From: a virus
Lineage: Duplodnaviria; Caudoviricetes
Reading direction: 5' to 3' (one strand)
Virus record (IMG/VR): IMGVR_UViG_3300028591_000082
DNA: 64,000 bases
Shown here: piece by piece, positions 29,469 to 40,800 of the stretch
How positions within the stretch are numbered: position 1 is the stretch's first letter
Layout of the letters: every line of letters starts with the position of its first letter
Made by a program: the position numbers and the translations under genes
The notes under the pieces: generated by a model
Databases searched by the model: none
What the model was told of the DNA's origin: nothing
The model's input: only the letters and a program-made list of their open reading frames with translations

Positions 29469-29690
29469 TTAGATTTCTCCATCATAAAAATAATCTTTAT
29501 CATTTAACCAGTCTGGTTCTTCATTTAAAATTTTCTGAAATTCTTTTTCAGCTTTATCTGAATCATCTCTCCAGTCTGGTAAAGAATTCAAAACATCTGA
29601 TGGTGGATCTATATAAACATCATTTTTTTCATCATAAGCCCACCACTGTTTTGTATTAAAACCAAGTACTGCCAAATATCTAGCCATTAT
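29469..29690 (-). CDS. Hypothetical protein
   Basis: MARYLAVLG... with GGAGG SD. Confidence 0.5.
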   Translation of the reverse strand: MMARYLAVLGFNTKQWWAYDEKNDVYIDPPSDVLNSLPDWRDDSDKAEKEFQKILNEEPDWLNDKDYFYDGEI

Positions 29691-29695
29691 TCCTC

Positions 29696-30334
29696 CTATA
29701 TCCAATCTATTGTTGGTAAACCGTTAAATCCTTTTTGCCAAACAAACCAACAATAACATACTGCAGAACTTCCTCCAATATCTTCATCATTTTTTAAACA
29801 TTTTTGTCTTTCTGAGAAAACCCATACAAATTTTGGTGGATACTTTTTAAACATATTTTTTCTTGCTTTTCCCTCTAAGAATTGGATTTTTAAAAGCATA
29901 ATACAATATTCATTATCATCTAATAATTCCATACTATGCTCAACAAAATCTTTTGCAAGACTATATGGTGGATTTGTAATAATTGATTTGGTTTCTTCTT
30001 TTGGAAGTTCTTCTTTAGTTAAAGTTAAAAAATCTTGAATATTTGTTCTTTCAAAACCTCTATCAACTATATCATAAGCAAGAAATTTATTATATTTTTC
30101 ACCACATCCACGTTTAAAAAATGCTTTAAGAATATTTCCACTGCCTACTGCAGGCTCAATTAGTATATTATCTTCTATTGATATATTGTTTTCTTCAAGT
30201 TTATCAATAAGAGCAGTTACAGTACTTTCTTGTGTTGAATAAAAATCTTCAGATTGCCTATCTCCATCTGAATGATTTGAGGCACCTAATGTTGTATAAA
30301 TACTTTTGACATTTCCAGTCCAATCTTTAGCCAT
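29696..30334 (-). CDS. Phage adenine-specific DNA methyltransferase
   Basis: DFY.T, EPAVGSG, ITNPPY, WFVW. Confidence 0.85.
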   Translation of the reverse strand: MAKDWTGNVKSIYTTLGASNHSDGDRQSEDFYSTQESTVTALIDKLEENNISIEDNILIEPAVGSGNILKAFFKRGCGEKYNKFLAYDIVDRGFERTNIQDFLTLTKEELPKEETKSIITNPPYSLAKDFVEHSMELLDDNEYCIMLLKIQFLEGKARKNMFKKYPPKFVWVFSERQKCLKNDEDIGGSSAVCYCWFVWQKGFNGLPTIDWI

Positions 30335-30385
30335 TTATTTCCTCCACATATTTTAATTATATATTTAAATAAAAATTAAGTCAAC

Positions 30386-30574
30386 CTAGAAAGAAAAAAG
30401 AAAACTTTTTCTTTCTAGCTAATTTTTTATAATTAGTATGTTTAATGGCGGTCAAAAATGTCTTTTTAAAGGACAAATTTGTCTTCCGAATGGACATTTT
30501 TGACCATAAAAAATTTTAATATTTTTACTTGACAAAAATCATGTCACAAAAAATATACAATTTTTGTGACATGA
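30386..30574. repeat. Cluster of inverted repeats and phased boxes (candidate replication origin or operator)
   Basis: IRs at ~30386-30418, 30450-30505 and 30539-30574; three 13-bp boxes with 21-bp period. Confidence 0.6.
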
Positions 30575-30617
30575 AAAAAATATGATTTAGAAAGTTAATA
30601 ATATTAAGGAGAATAAT

Positions 30618-31061
30618 ATGGATATTAATGCTGTATTAACTGCTGAAAAACCAGAGGCTAACCAAATAGCAAAGAAAATAAATTTCAGATCTGCTGTTGT
30701 AGATATCAAAAGCAGACTTTCAGATTACCCAAAAGAAATTACAAATAGAATTAATTGGATTGTAAGAGATACAATTCTTGCAACAGACTATTGTGGACCA
30801 ACAAGAACACCAAAATTCTCTCCAGAAGAACAAAAGGAGCTCATTAAGGTTCTTGCAAGTGCACTTAAGGATTTACCAAAAGAAATTGAAAATTCAATTA
30901 ATGAATATATTGGAATTATCGGAGCGGAAAAAACAAATGCTTCTGACGAAACTTCTGAAGGAGATCAGGCATCTGCTAGTGATGAAGCTAGTGGAGAAGG
31001 TGATGGAGGAGAAGCTTCTGTAAATACTTCTGTACCAACACAGAAAGTATTTAATTACTAA
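30618..31061 (+). CDS. Hypothetical late protein
   Basis: AAGTTAAT plus AAGGAG. Confidence 0.6.
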   Translation: MDINAVLTAEKPEANQIAKKINFRSAVVDIKSRLSDYPKEITNRINWIVRDTILATDYCGPTRTPKFSPEEQKELIKVLASALKDLPKEIENSINEYIGIIGAEKTNASDETSEGDQASASDEASGEGDGGEASVNTSVPTQKVFNY

Positions 31062-31071
31062 GGAGAAATTT

Positions 31072-31545
31072 ATGACATTTGAACAGGCAACTATTTTAGC
31101 AGAAGCTAGTAAGTATAAGCCTTATTACAACGGACATAAAGAAGATCCAAATAAGAATGGTCATAGAGCAGATCAGGGAAAGCATAAGAATTATTACAAT
31201 CACGATTCTTATTATAAACATCTTTATGATGTAGATGAAAGAGACCCAGATTATGACTGGCACAGAGAAGTTCTTGTTTCAAGAATTGCAAATAGACTTC
31301 TTGAAGAAACAGGATATGCTCCAGAAAGAAAGAGAATTCGTGAGTATCTTGTTGAAAAAAGAAAGCATCCAGGTGCTGCTCTTAGAAGAAAACACTCTTC
31401 TATGAAGCCAGAACAGTTTTATGCAATGATGACAGAAATGGCTGTTAGGCACTTTACTAAGAATTCTACAAATAAGAAATATGGAAGTAGAAGAGCTAGA
31501 GAGGCGGATACATTTACTAACAAGGATACAAAGAAAAGTAAATAA
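31072..31545 (+). CDS. Basic hypothetical protein (possible internal head protein)
   Basis: MTFEQATILAEA N-terminus; K/R/H-rich. Confidence 0.55.
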   Translation: MTFEQATILAEASKYKPYYNGHKEDPNKNGHRADQGKHKNYYNHDSYYKHLYDVDERDPDYDWHREVLVSRIANRLLEETGYAPERKRIREYLVEKRKHPGAALRRKHSSMKPEQFYAMMTEMAVRHFTKNSTNKKYGSRRAREADTFTNKDTKKSK

Positions 31546-31558
31546 TAAAAAGTAAATC

Positions 31559-31586
31559 AAGCCAGTTAGAAATAACTGGCTTTTTT
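31559..31586 (+). terminator. Intrinsic terminator
   Basis: AAGCCAGTTA-gaaa-TAACTGGCTTTTTT. Confidence 0.8.
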
Positions 31587-31625
31587 ATTGACTTGAAAAA
31601 AATAATTTGATATATAAATAATATT

Positions 31626-33017
31626 ATGAAAATAAGGCTTACCGATAGAGTATGTATACTTAATTTTAAAAACTCATTTGAAGAAAAATCTATAAATAAA
31701 TTTCTTACATATAAAGATACATCTTTATGTTTTTCTCGTGGTGGGTATGACCCAATGAAAGAAAAGATGGTTCATTTTTTAAAAGAATCTCAAAAGGCTC
31801 CTGGAAACTTTGTATGCTTTGCTGGATTTTGTAAAGAGATAATGGTTTTCTCTAAAGAAAATGGAATAGAAATAGAAGATTTTGAAGACCAAAGAACTCA
31901 TTTTGATTTCCAAGATAAGCCTTGGGAACACGATGAATTAAGAGAATTATTTGATCCAAATTTTAAATATGTAGAGCATCAGATAAGAACACTTCAAGCA
32001 ATGCAAAAAACAAATACAGCACTTTGTGTTCTTCCAACTTCTGCTGGTAAATCATATATAATGGCAGCATTTATGAAAAAAACTGGGCTTAAAACTTTGA
32101 TACTTAATGATAGAGCAACGCTTGCTATGCAGCTTGCAGAAGATTTTAATAAATATGGGCTTGATTGTGGATGGTGTTGCGGTAAGGGCAGAAAAGAAGG
32201 ATATAATATGGTATCAACAATTCAGTCTGTAAAAAAGATACCAGATTTAAATTTATATGATTGTGTAATAATTGATGAGTGCCATCGTGCAAGTGCAGCA
32301 ACATTCCAAGAGTTTTTATCTGCTTTCGGATGCCCACTTAAATATGGTTTCTCGGCTTCTCCGAATAATGGTAATTATTTGAATTATGCAAAAATAAGAC
32401 AGTTTCTTGGTTCTCCTTGTATAGATGTTGGATCAGAAGAGCTTGTAGAAAATGAAGTAATGGCAAAGCCAGTAATAAAATTAGTAGAAGTAAATTGTAT
32501 GGAAACATTTGATTATGTTTCAGCATATGATTCTGAACTTGTTCATAATAGTCAAAGAAATAATATAATAGCAGAAATAGCAAACTCATATGAAGATGGT
32601 GTTGCAATTCTTGTAACACATCTTGATCACGGAAAAATACTTGAGGAAATGATTCCAGATTCTGTATTTATAAGAGGAGAAACATCTCTTAGTGAAAGAA
32701 TGAGAATATTAAAAGAATTTAATGAAGGAAAAATAAAAAGAATTATAGGTTCAAATATTTTAAATGAAGGAATTTCTATTACAAATATGAAAGTACTTAT
32801 AATGGCAAGTGGAAATAAAGGTCTTGCACAAACTACACAAAAAATTGGTCGTGTTCTTAGAATTTCAAAAGACAAAAAAGAAGGAATATTTTATGACTTT
32901 ATTGATAAAGGAAATAAATATCTTTTAAAACATTCAAAACTGAGAATTTCTATTTATAGAAAAAATGGATTTAATGATATTACTTTATATAATTCAGATC
33001 TTACTCCAAAAGCTTGA
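31626..33017 (+). CDS. uvsW: UvsW-like SF2 helicase
   Basis: PTSAGKS, DECH, SAS, EGISI, QKIGRVLR, H...R...Y. Confidence 0.88.
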   Translation: MKIRLTDRVCILNFKNSFEEKSINKFLTYKDTSLCFSRGGYDPMKEKMVHFLKESQKAPGNFVCFAGFCKEIMVFSKENGIEIEDFEDQRTHFDFQDKPWEHDELRELFDPNFKYVEHQIRTLQAMQKTNTALCVLPTSAGKSYIMAAFMKKTGLKTLILNDRATLAMQLAEDFNKYGLDCGWCCGKGRKEGYNMVSTIQSVKKIPDLNLYDCVIIDECHRASAATFQEFLSAFGCPLKYGFSASPNNGNYLNYAKIRQFLGSPCIDVGSEELVENEVMAKPVIKLVEVNCMETFDYVSAYDSELVHNSQRNNIIAEIANSYEDGVAILVTHLDHGKILEEMIPDSVFIRGETSLSERMRILKEFNEGKIKRIIGSNILNEGISITNMKVLIMASGNKGLAQTTQKIGRVLRISKDKKEGIFYDFIDKGNKYLLKHSKLRISIYRKNGFNDITLYNSDLTPKA

Positions 33018-33063
33018 CAAATATTTTTAAGTTTTTATAATAATTAAAATTTCGGAGGAAATA

Positions 33064-33369
33064 ATGGTAGAATATGTCTATTTACCAATAGAAGATAAAG
33101 ATGAAAAAGAAAGGCTTGCAAAAATAGTAGAAACAACAATATCAGTTTTTAAGAAATGTGATTTTGTTAATCCAAAAGGTCAAACGATAGCTTATGCTTC
33201 TAAGTTTGAAGTACTTGGAAGTGGTTTGAGTTTTGAACTAAACGATCCAATAATGGATAATGATACTATAAAAAGAGGTGTTGCACAAGATTATAAAATA
33301 GAACCTTTTATAAAAAACGTAAAAAATAAGCCAAAAGAAATGGAAAGAATAACAGAGATAGTTATTTAA
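33064..33369 (+). CDS. Hypothetical protein
   Basis: GGAGG SD, sigma70 promoter. Confidence 0.55.
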   Translation: MVEYVYLPIEDKDEKERLAKIVETTISVFKKCDFVNPKGQTIAYASKFEVLGSGLSFELNDPIMDNDTIKRGVAQDYKIEPFIKNVKNKPKEMERITEIVI

Positions 33370-33382
33370 AAAAGTTAATTCT

Positions 33383-35776
33383 ATGATTGAGAACTATATT
33401 TTTAAAACTGAGAAAGAGCCATATAATTTTGAGGCTATAGAAGATAAAGTTTATCTCAGAAAATATCAGCCATTTTTGGTATTTTATTCAGCACTTGATG
33501 GAAATAAAGCAAAATACTGTCTTGATGATGAAACAGCTATTTATAATACAGAACCAGAATTTTTAACTGGTGGAAAATTTGGAGCAAATTTAAAACTAAG
33601 TGATAAGTTCTCTTTCAATGGAAAAAACATTCTTCCACTAGAAGATTCTGGAAGAATTAGTTTTTGGACTAAACCAGTTGTTAGATATGGCAGACAAATA
33701 ATAGCTATCAAACCTAAATTAGAATTTTATCAAGGTGATTTTTCTTTTAAGGTTTCTATAGATGATAATATAACTCAAGATGTATTAATTAATTTAACAC
33801 GTCCAACTTCATTTAAAGAATTAGCAAATAAAGTATCATTTTTAATGGATCCTTCTATATATTTTGCAGAAGCAGAATATGATTCAGAAAATGATGAATT
33901 ACTTATTTTTACATCAAATACACAGGAAAGAATTTCGCTTCTTAATGGAACAGACGGAACAGATTTACTTCTTTATACAGAACAAAATTATAAATCTTAT
34001 GGATATATAACAACAGAAGAAGTACTTCTTGCAGAAGTAGGAAATTTTTCATTCTATCATTTTACAGAAAAAAATGTTTCAAAACTTAAAGTAAAATTAT
34101 TTGAAAATGAATATATAGTTGACTGGAATAGCAATGGTATTGATTTTGATAATATAGAAGTAGATTTTGATAAAACAGTAATTTATATATTTATAAATGG
34201 AAAGTTAAAACTTTGCTCAGTTCTTGAACAACCAAATACACCAATAGAAAAAGAAATATCATTATATGGTCATCAAAATAATGAATATTGTTTTGATGAA
34301 TTTATAGTAAATTCAAAGGTATATCACAGATTTGATTTTGAGCTTCCAGAAGCTCAACTTACAGAATACACAACAGAAAAACCATATATTGATTATTCAT
34401 TTGCTGGAAATAATATAGCAGAAGGAAGTGAGCTTATTATGGAAAGCTCAAATAATATTCATGCTCTTATTTCTTATAAAGATCAATTCTACTATTATAT
34501 GGCTGGTTCTTGGAGAAAATCTGATGGAACATATGAACAGTCAAATGATATATATACATTTAGAGATAGAATTTCTACATTCCCATTTGATGGAGAAAAC
34601 TTCTTTATAAGATTTTATTTTGCTTCAAATGGAACTGCTCCAGCTTGGATAGGAAAGTGTTACTTTACTTCTCTAGCAAAAGAAGATGATCTTGTTGGAG
34701 AAGATGGAGAAACACCAGCAATTTTAGTTGGAGAAAAAGAATTTGTAGATGATGAAGTAATAGAACTTGAAGGTAAAACTCTTGAAATAACAACAGATAA
34801 AGGCAAAACAGAAATAACATTTGAAAATGATTTTACAATAGATGAATTAATTGATTATCTTAATGATTTATTCCCTAAGGGAATAGCTAAAATATACAAA
34901 GACAATCTTGGAAGATTAGTATTAATTTCAGAAACAAAAGGTGCTGACGCATATATAAAAGTTGGTGGAGATGCTGCTGATGAATTATTTGGCGGAAATA
35001 GAATAGCACAAGGTTCTGATCCTCATCAGGCAGAAATAGATTATAGTTCTTATCTTGAAATGATAAGAAAAGACTCTGGTGCTCCAAATCTTATTTGGGA
35101 AATATCAGATGATCAGATGCTTGATTATCTTAAAGAAGGTATAGAATACTATAACAGGTATAATCAAGGAAATTTCTCTACATATTCTGTTAAACTTGAA
35201 GGTAATGCAAAAGAAGGATATAAGATTCCTTCTATTATAAGAACTCCTAAAGACATTGTAGATATTATATTTAAACCTATATTCCCATTGAATTTCTATG
35301 CTGGAGCTGATTTTGGTGATACTGAAGATATAGTATCTCTTGCACTTGTTAATTCATTATTTGGCGGTGCTGGTGGAGCAAGAGGTCAGAATATTGCAGC
35401 TGATTTTTATATCTCACTTATGGCAATACAAGACTTTAAACAAACACTTGGTCTTGATCCAAAATGGGAAATTCTTAATAGAAGAATTTATATTTATCCA
35501 AATAATATTTCAAGATATACAAATGTTTGTATTAAATACAAATCTGCAATTTCTATTGAAGAAGCAATGGCTTCACCAGAAATGAAGCTTTATGTAACTG
35601 GAAGATGTTGGCAGACAATGGCAGCAATTCGTGGGCAATATGGTGCTTCAGTTCAGACTGGTATATTTGCTCTTACACTTAATGCAGATATAATGTTCCA
35701 GCGTGGAACTGATATGATTAATCAAGCACTTAATTATTGGAAAGGCTGTGACGAACCATTTATGGTTATAGGATAA
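33383..35776 (+). CDS. Neck protein (gp13-like C-terminus) with large N-terminal extension including LamG-like region
   Basis: GAP.L.WEISDDQM...GIEYY; RGQYG...LNAD at C-terminus; ISFW.KP, IFING, FDEF.V in N-terminal part; synteny. Confidence 0.65.
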   Translation: MIENYIFKTEKEPYNFEAIEDKVYLRKYQPFLVFYSALDGNKAKYCLDDETAIYNTEPEFLTGGKFGANLKLSDKFSFNGKNILPLEDSGRISFWTKPVVRYGRQIIAIKPKLEFYQGDFSFKVSIDDNITQDVLINLTRPTSFKELANKVSFLMDPSIYFAEAEYDSENDELLIFTSNTQERISLLNGTDGTDLLLYTEQNYKSYGYITTEEVLLAEVGNFSFYHFTEKNVSKLKVKLFENEYIVDWNSNGIDFDNIEVDFDKTVIYIFINGKLKLCSVLEQPNTPIEKEISLYGHQNNEYCFDEFIVNSKVYHRFDFELPEAQLTEYTTEKPYIDYSFAGNNIAEGSELIMESSNNIHALISYKDQFYYYMAGSWRKSDGTYEQSNDIYTFRDRISTFPFDGENFFIRFYFASNGTAPAWIGKCYFTSLAKEDDLVGEDGETPAILVGEKEFVDDEVIELEGKTLEITTDKGKTEITFENDFTIDELIDYLNDLFPKGIAKIYKDNLGRLVLISETKGADAYIKVGGDAADELFGGNRIAQGSDPHQAEIDYSSYLEMIRKDSGAPNLIWEISDDQMLDYLKEGIEYYNRYNQGNFSTYSVKLEGNAKEGYKIPSIIRTPKDIVDIIFKPIFPLNFYAGADFGDTEDIVSLALVNSLFGGAGGARGQNIAADFYISLMAIQDFKQTLGLDPKWEILNRRIYIYPNNISRYTNVCIKYKSAISIEEAMASPEMKLYVTGRCWQTMAAIRGQYGASVQTGIFALTLNADIMFQRGTDMINQALNYWKGCDEPFMVIG

Positions 35777-35779
35777 TTT

Positions 35780-36628
35780 ATGGAACAGAATCAAGTATTT
35801 AATTATGTAGACTCGCTTCAGACAGCTGCGCAAAAACAATATTTCTCAAACATACATGACACTGCAATTTTGCAGACTGGAAGACGCGCATTTATATATC
35901 CACTTGATAAAAAACTTACAAAAACAGATATTTACAATAATACACTTAATAGAGTTTATTTACCACATTTTGAGTTAAGAGCACTTTATAAAACAAATGC
36001 ATTTGTTCCAAATCTTTCTCTTGATGGAATGTATCAGGAAAAAGAAGAGAATATGGAATTTATATTTAATTTTGAAAGAATGGTAAATACAATAAGAGAC
36101 TTAAAAGATAGTATTTCTGGTACATTTAAAATAAGAAATGTATCAAAAGAAGAAATGCTTATTGAAATAAGTAATGGAATGTTTAAGGCAACTACTCCTT
36201 TGGGAGTAGTAATATTTAACGAAAAATTAGAAGATTATAGTTCTGTAAGATTATTGATAGATAGCATTTCAGAACAAACTGATTTTATAAGATTAGAGTA
36301 TGATGGAAATTCTGAACCAGCTTCTTCTATAAATAATTTTCATACAATACTAAAAAAAGGGAATACATTTGAAGTAAATGTAGACAATAGTATTTATAAG
36401 AATATATCCGATGTTATTGAAGCTGGATTTGTAATAATAACTGATAGAGCAAGGGTTTATAGTGTTGTGTCTGCTGTTCCAGAAAATGATTCTTATGGAA
36501 ATGAATATATAGGTTGGAAATGTATGGGTAAACTTGAAAATCTTGCTGTTGTTGATACACTTCCTAATGATGCTAAACAGCTTGTACAAAAACTTACTTA
36601 TGGGCTTTCTAAAATTAATATGGAGTAA
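35780..36628 (+). CDS. Neck/head-closure protein (gp14-like)
   Basis: Synteny between gp13-like gene and sheath; weak motif resemblance. Confidence 0.5.
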   Translation: MEQNQVFNYVDSLQTAAQKQYFSNIHDTAILQTGRRAFIYPLDKKLTKTDIYNNTLNRVYLPHFELRALYKTNAFVPNLSLDGMYQEKEENMEFIFNFERMVNTIRDLKDSISGTFKIRNVSKEEMLIEISNGMFKATTPLGVVIFNEKLEDYSSVRLLIDSISEQTDFIRLEYDGNSEPASSINNFHTILKKGNTFEVNVDNSIYKNISDVIEAGFVIITDRARVYSVVSAVPENDSYGNEYIGWKCMGKLENLAVVDTLPNDAKQLVQKLTYGLSKINME

Positions 36629-36631
36629 TAA

Positions 36632-37219
36632 ATGCAGGATATTTTTAAGAATTATACAGAAGTAGTAGAACAAGGATTAAAAGATATTCTCAGTGATTAT
36701 AATATAGGAAAAGATGATGGACCATATGTTGCTTACGGAAAGACACCAGCAGCTTTTGCAAAATTTTTAGAAAATATCAGAAACGGTAAAAAAGTAGGTC
36801 CTCTTATTACTTATACATTATCATCTGTTAATATAAATCATAATCAGCAAATGCTTGGGTTTGGTTCATTAAGAGTTGAAAGCGGTGGATATATAATTCA
36901 AAGACCTCCTCTTATTGCAACACTTGATTATACAATAGAAATAAATGCATTAACAGAAGAAGAGGCAAATATATTTTCAATTGAATTATTAATGAAGGCA
37001 CCATTTGCAAGACCATATGCAACTATGAGAGATGGACAATGGGTTACTTTTACAATAGAAGAACCTAATGGAAAGTCAGAAGTAGAAAACGAAGATATGG
37101 TTTTTAAGAAAACATTAAAGTTAAATATACAGAGGGCATATTTAGATTATACAATGAAAGAAATAAAAGATCGTATAATTGGAGATATCCGTCTTAATGT
37201 AGTATCCGTGGAGGAATAG
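36632..37219 (+). CDS. Tail terminator (gp15-like)
   Basis: P.VAYG...PLI...L.Y.IEI.A; synteny. Confidence 0.5.
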   Translation: MQDIFKNYTEVVEQGLKDILSDYNIGKDDGPYVAYGKTPAAFAKFLENIRNGKKVGPLITYTLSSVNINHNQQMLGFGSLRVESGGYIIQRPPLIATLDYTIEINALTEEEANIFSIELLMKAPFARPYATMRDGQWVTFTIEEPNGKSEVENEDMVFKKTLKLNIQRAYLDYTMKEIKDRIIGDIRLNVVSVEE

Positions 37220-37221
37220 TA

Positions 37222-37374
37222 ATGAAGATCACAAATAATACAAGTAAGAAACTTAGTTTAATAAATAAAATTTTTATTAATCCATATGGAGAAAAAGAAA
37301 TTAAAGAAGTTTCTGAAGAACTTAAAGAACAGCTAAAGACATTGGAGAAGAATAAGATTATTAAAATTCATTAA
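37222..37374 (+). CDS. 50-aa hypothetical protein (not in ORF track)
   Basis: MKITNNTSKKLSLINKIFINPYGEKEI...KIIKIH*; GGAGG SD. Confidence 0.55.
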   Translation: MKITNNTSKKLSLINKIFINPYGEKEIKEVSEELKEQLKTLEKNKIIKIH

Positions 37375-37763
37375 TTACATTTTGGGCACCTGCATTTCCA
37401 AGATAATATATTTATTGGAAGAGCTTTAAAAGCTCCATGTTTTTTGCAGATTATTGTTACGGGTGTCTTGTTATTTACGTACAATACTTGGCGGAAGTCA
37501 TAATTTTCGCCAAGTATTTTTTTTGCCTTATTTATAAATTGCTGTCTTGTAAAAGAACGGGAAATTTTACTTTTTTCTTTACCGCATTCTGGACAGCCTT
37601 CTCCTCTTAAAAGATGATCTGGTCTTATTAAAAACTCTCCATGTTCTGGACAAATAAGTTCGATTTTTGTATGCATATTTATATACTCAACTTTTGAGAT
37701 ATCATAATTAAGGAACATTCCTTTTAGTCTATTTTTAAATTCTTCGTTAGTAAGTTTCTTCAT
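37371..37763 (-). CDS. DUF723-like Zn-binding repeat protein (homing-endonuclease-associated domain, no nuclease domain)
   Basis: Two YD...V.Y.N..T...I.C..HG.F...P......CP.C repeats. Confidence 0.7.
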   Translation of the reverse strand: MKKLTNEEFKNRLKGMFLNYDISKVEYINMHTKIELICPEHGEFLIRPDHLLRGEGCPECGKEKSKISRSFTRQQFINKAKKILGENYDFRQVLYVNNKTPVTIICKKHGAFKALPINILSWKCRCPKCN

Positions 37764-37829
37764 AATATTATCTTATCCCCAAATACGGAATAAGTCATCA
37801 GAAAAGATAATACCATAAAGGAGAAATAT

Positions 37830-40800
37830 ATGGCAACAAAAAGCCCTGGTATTTATGTAAATGAAATTGATAATACAACTTATACCAATGTTTCAACAAC
37901 AACTGGTACTAATGTATGTGTTATTGGTTATGCAAGAAAAGGACCAGTAGGTGTTCCTACTGAAATTTATTCTTACAATTCTTTCATAAAGACATTTGGT
38001 TATCCTATTAAGGGAACTTATTCTGCTATGGCTGTTAGAAATATTCTTTCTGCAGGTGGTGGAGTTCTTTATATAAGAATTGGTGATGAAAACTCTTTGT
38101 CTTCATCAAAGTATGTTGTTAAAAATGCTGTACCATTCAGATATGGTAGAACATTATTCAAGAGAACAAACAATATTACAAAAGGAACTGCTGGATACAA
38201 AACAGCTTCAAACTATGTTTTTGATATTAAAAATACAGCAGGAAACAGAAAGACAATTTTCCTTAGATCTCCAGATGGTATGTGGACAATGTCTAAGATT
38301 TATGAGCAGATCTCAAAGCAGATGGGAGCTACAGAAGGCTGGAAGGAAATTAAAGCTGGAAGCGAAGTAATTAGCAAATCTGGACTTTTCTCATACAACT
38401 TCAAAGTAAATGACATTAAAGTAAGTGCTAATCCATACTATATCGTACTTTCTGCTGGTGCAACAACAACAGTTGAAACACTTGCAAAGCGTCTTAATAA
38501 GGCTTTGGAAACTGGTTCAAATGCTACATTCGAACTTGATATTTTCGGTTCTGTTGCAGCTCCAGTTGGAGCAATTGATGGTTTTGATAACTATGAATAT
38601 AAAACTGTAATAGTAAAAGATTCAGACCTTGCTTTCAATGTAGAAGATGAAAATGGAAAATCTATCTATGTTGGATATATGGAACAGATTGGTACTGATG
38701 ATTCAACAAAAAGAGTAACACCAATTTCTATTTCATTCGCACCTGGTTCATATACATATGCAAATGTAGTAGATGCTCTTAATACAAAACTTAGAGAATC
38801 TGGTGTATATGTTTACTTTAAAGAAGGAAAAACAAATGTTCCATCTAAGTTTGTATTTGTTTCTACAATTACAGATGCTGGTTTCAAGTTTGGTCTTCAG
38901 ACAGCAGTAACAGATGCACCTGGAAGCTATGAAGCAATTAAAGATCTTTTTGTAACAGCAGAAGATGGAGAAGTTTTCCAAAATGTATTCGGTCTTGAAG
39001 GAGAAAGAGATGGTTCAATTTCTTTAGTTGTTAATAAAGACCCAGAACCAGAAATGGTTGGACAGAAAGTTGATAACTTCTATGTTGAAGCATCTGGAAA
39101 TAGCTTGTTCCTTAGAACAGTTGCAACTGGTAATGGTCAGTCTGTAGGAACTTGGGATTATGAAGGAGAATATGGAGATTATTTATTTGATGGATTTACA
39201 GAAGTTTCTTCAGTAGAAGGAACAGATGCAATTTCATTGTCTGTTTTGAAAGAAGGAAATATCTTCTTCTATGATTTGGCAGATATTAACCCTCCAGCAA
39301 TTTTGGAAACTGATACAACTTCTTATATTTTTGATGATCCTACATCAGCAGCAGAAAACTTTAATAATGTAATTCCTCTTCTTGGTGGAATTGAAACTAT
39401 TAATGGTAATACAAAAATTTCTGCAATTAACCGTGATATGGTTGTATTCTCTTCTAAGGAAAAGGGAACTGGAACTGCAGATCTTTCAGTTGTTGTTAAA
39501 ACATTTGTAAGCCCTCTTTACAAAGAAAGTGTTTATGTAAGCGCAATTGAAGAACTTCAGGGAAATCTTTACAATGAAAGAGAACAGCTTGCTACACTTC
39601 AGGCACAGCTTGCAGAAGAAACTAATAAACCAGTTTCTCAGCAGGATCCAACAAGAATTGATTCTTTGAATGCTTCTATTGCAAGAAGTACAGAAGCTGT
39701 AACTCAGTATACAGAACTTATAGAACATAAAGAAAAGGAAATGGAAGAAGCAAAAGCTGCTAATACTTCTCATTCTATTCTTGTATACCAGGGAAATACA
39801 CAGGTTGAATCATTCGAAAATGTATCTTATGATACAACATCAAATGAATGCTTCGATAGAATTATGAATGAAACAACAGAAAATGGTGGCTCTGCTTATA
39901 TTGAAGTTGAAATTGTTAAGAATGATTTTGATACAAATATTGTAGAAATTAAAGATGGTAGATATTATCTTGGAAAGGCAAATCAGGATACAGATGTTGA
40001 AAAGACAGAATCTATGCTTGATGATGATTATAATCTTTATGATTATGCTATCGGTTCAGATGGTATTGTTGAAGATCCTTCAGATTTGTTCCTCGATCAG
40101 CTTGATAAGGATAATTCACTTATTATGAATAAGGATCTTTATGACTTCCATATTCTTATTACTCCAGATTGTAACGAAGCAATGGAAGTACAGGATGCTG
40201 CATTTGCTTGTTGTGAAGAAAGAGGCGATGCAATCTATATTATGGACCCACCTATCGGACTTTCAAAACAAGCTGTAATTGATTGGCATAATGGTCGTGG
40301 TTTCGGAAGAAGCAATGGACCAGATAATACTTATGTAGCTACATACTGGCCTTGGGGTAAGACATTTGATTCTTATTCTCAGTCATACGTATGGACAATG
40401 CCTTCAGTATTTATGGCTGCACAGTACTGTAAAGTTGATAAAGCTGTTGGACCTTGGCAGGCACCAGCTGGTGATCTTTACGGAGCTGTTTCAATCGTTG
40501 ATATTGAAACTCCTACAACAAGACAAGATAGAGATGAACTTTACACAGAAGCTAACAGAATTAATCCATTCATTAAGTACGGTGATGGAACAATCGTTTG
40601 CTATGGTGAAAAGACAATGCAGAGAAAGAATTCTACTCTTACAAAAGTTCATACAAGACGTATGATGATTCAGATTAAGAAGGATCTTAGAGCTGCACTT
40701 AGTTCATATATCTTCATGCCTTCTACAGACATGAACTTGTCAGATATTAATGCAACTATTAATACAATTATGCAGAAGTACAAGACAGTTGGTGGTATTT

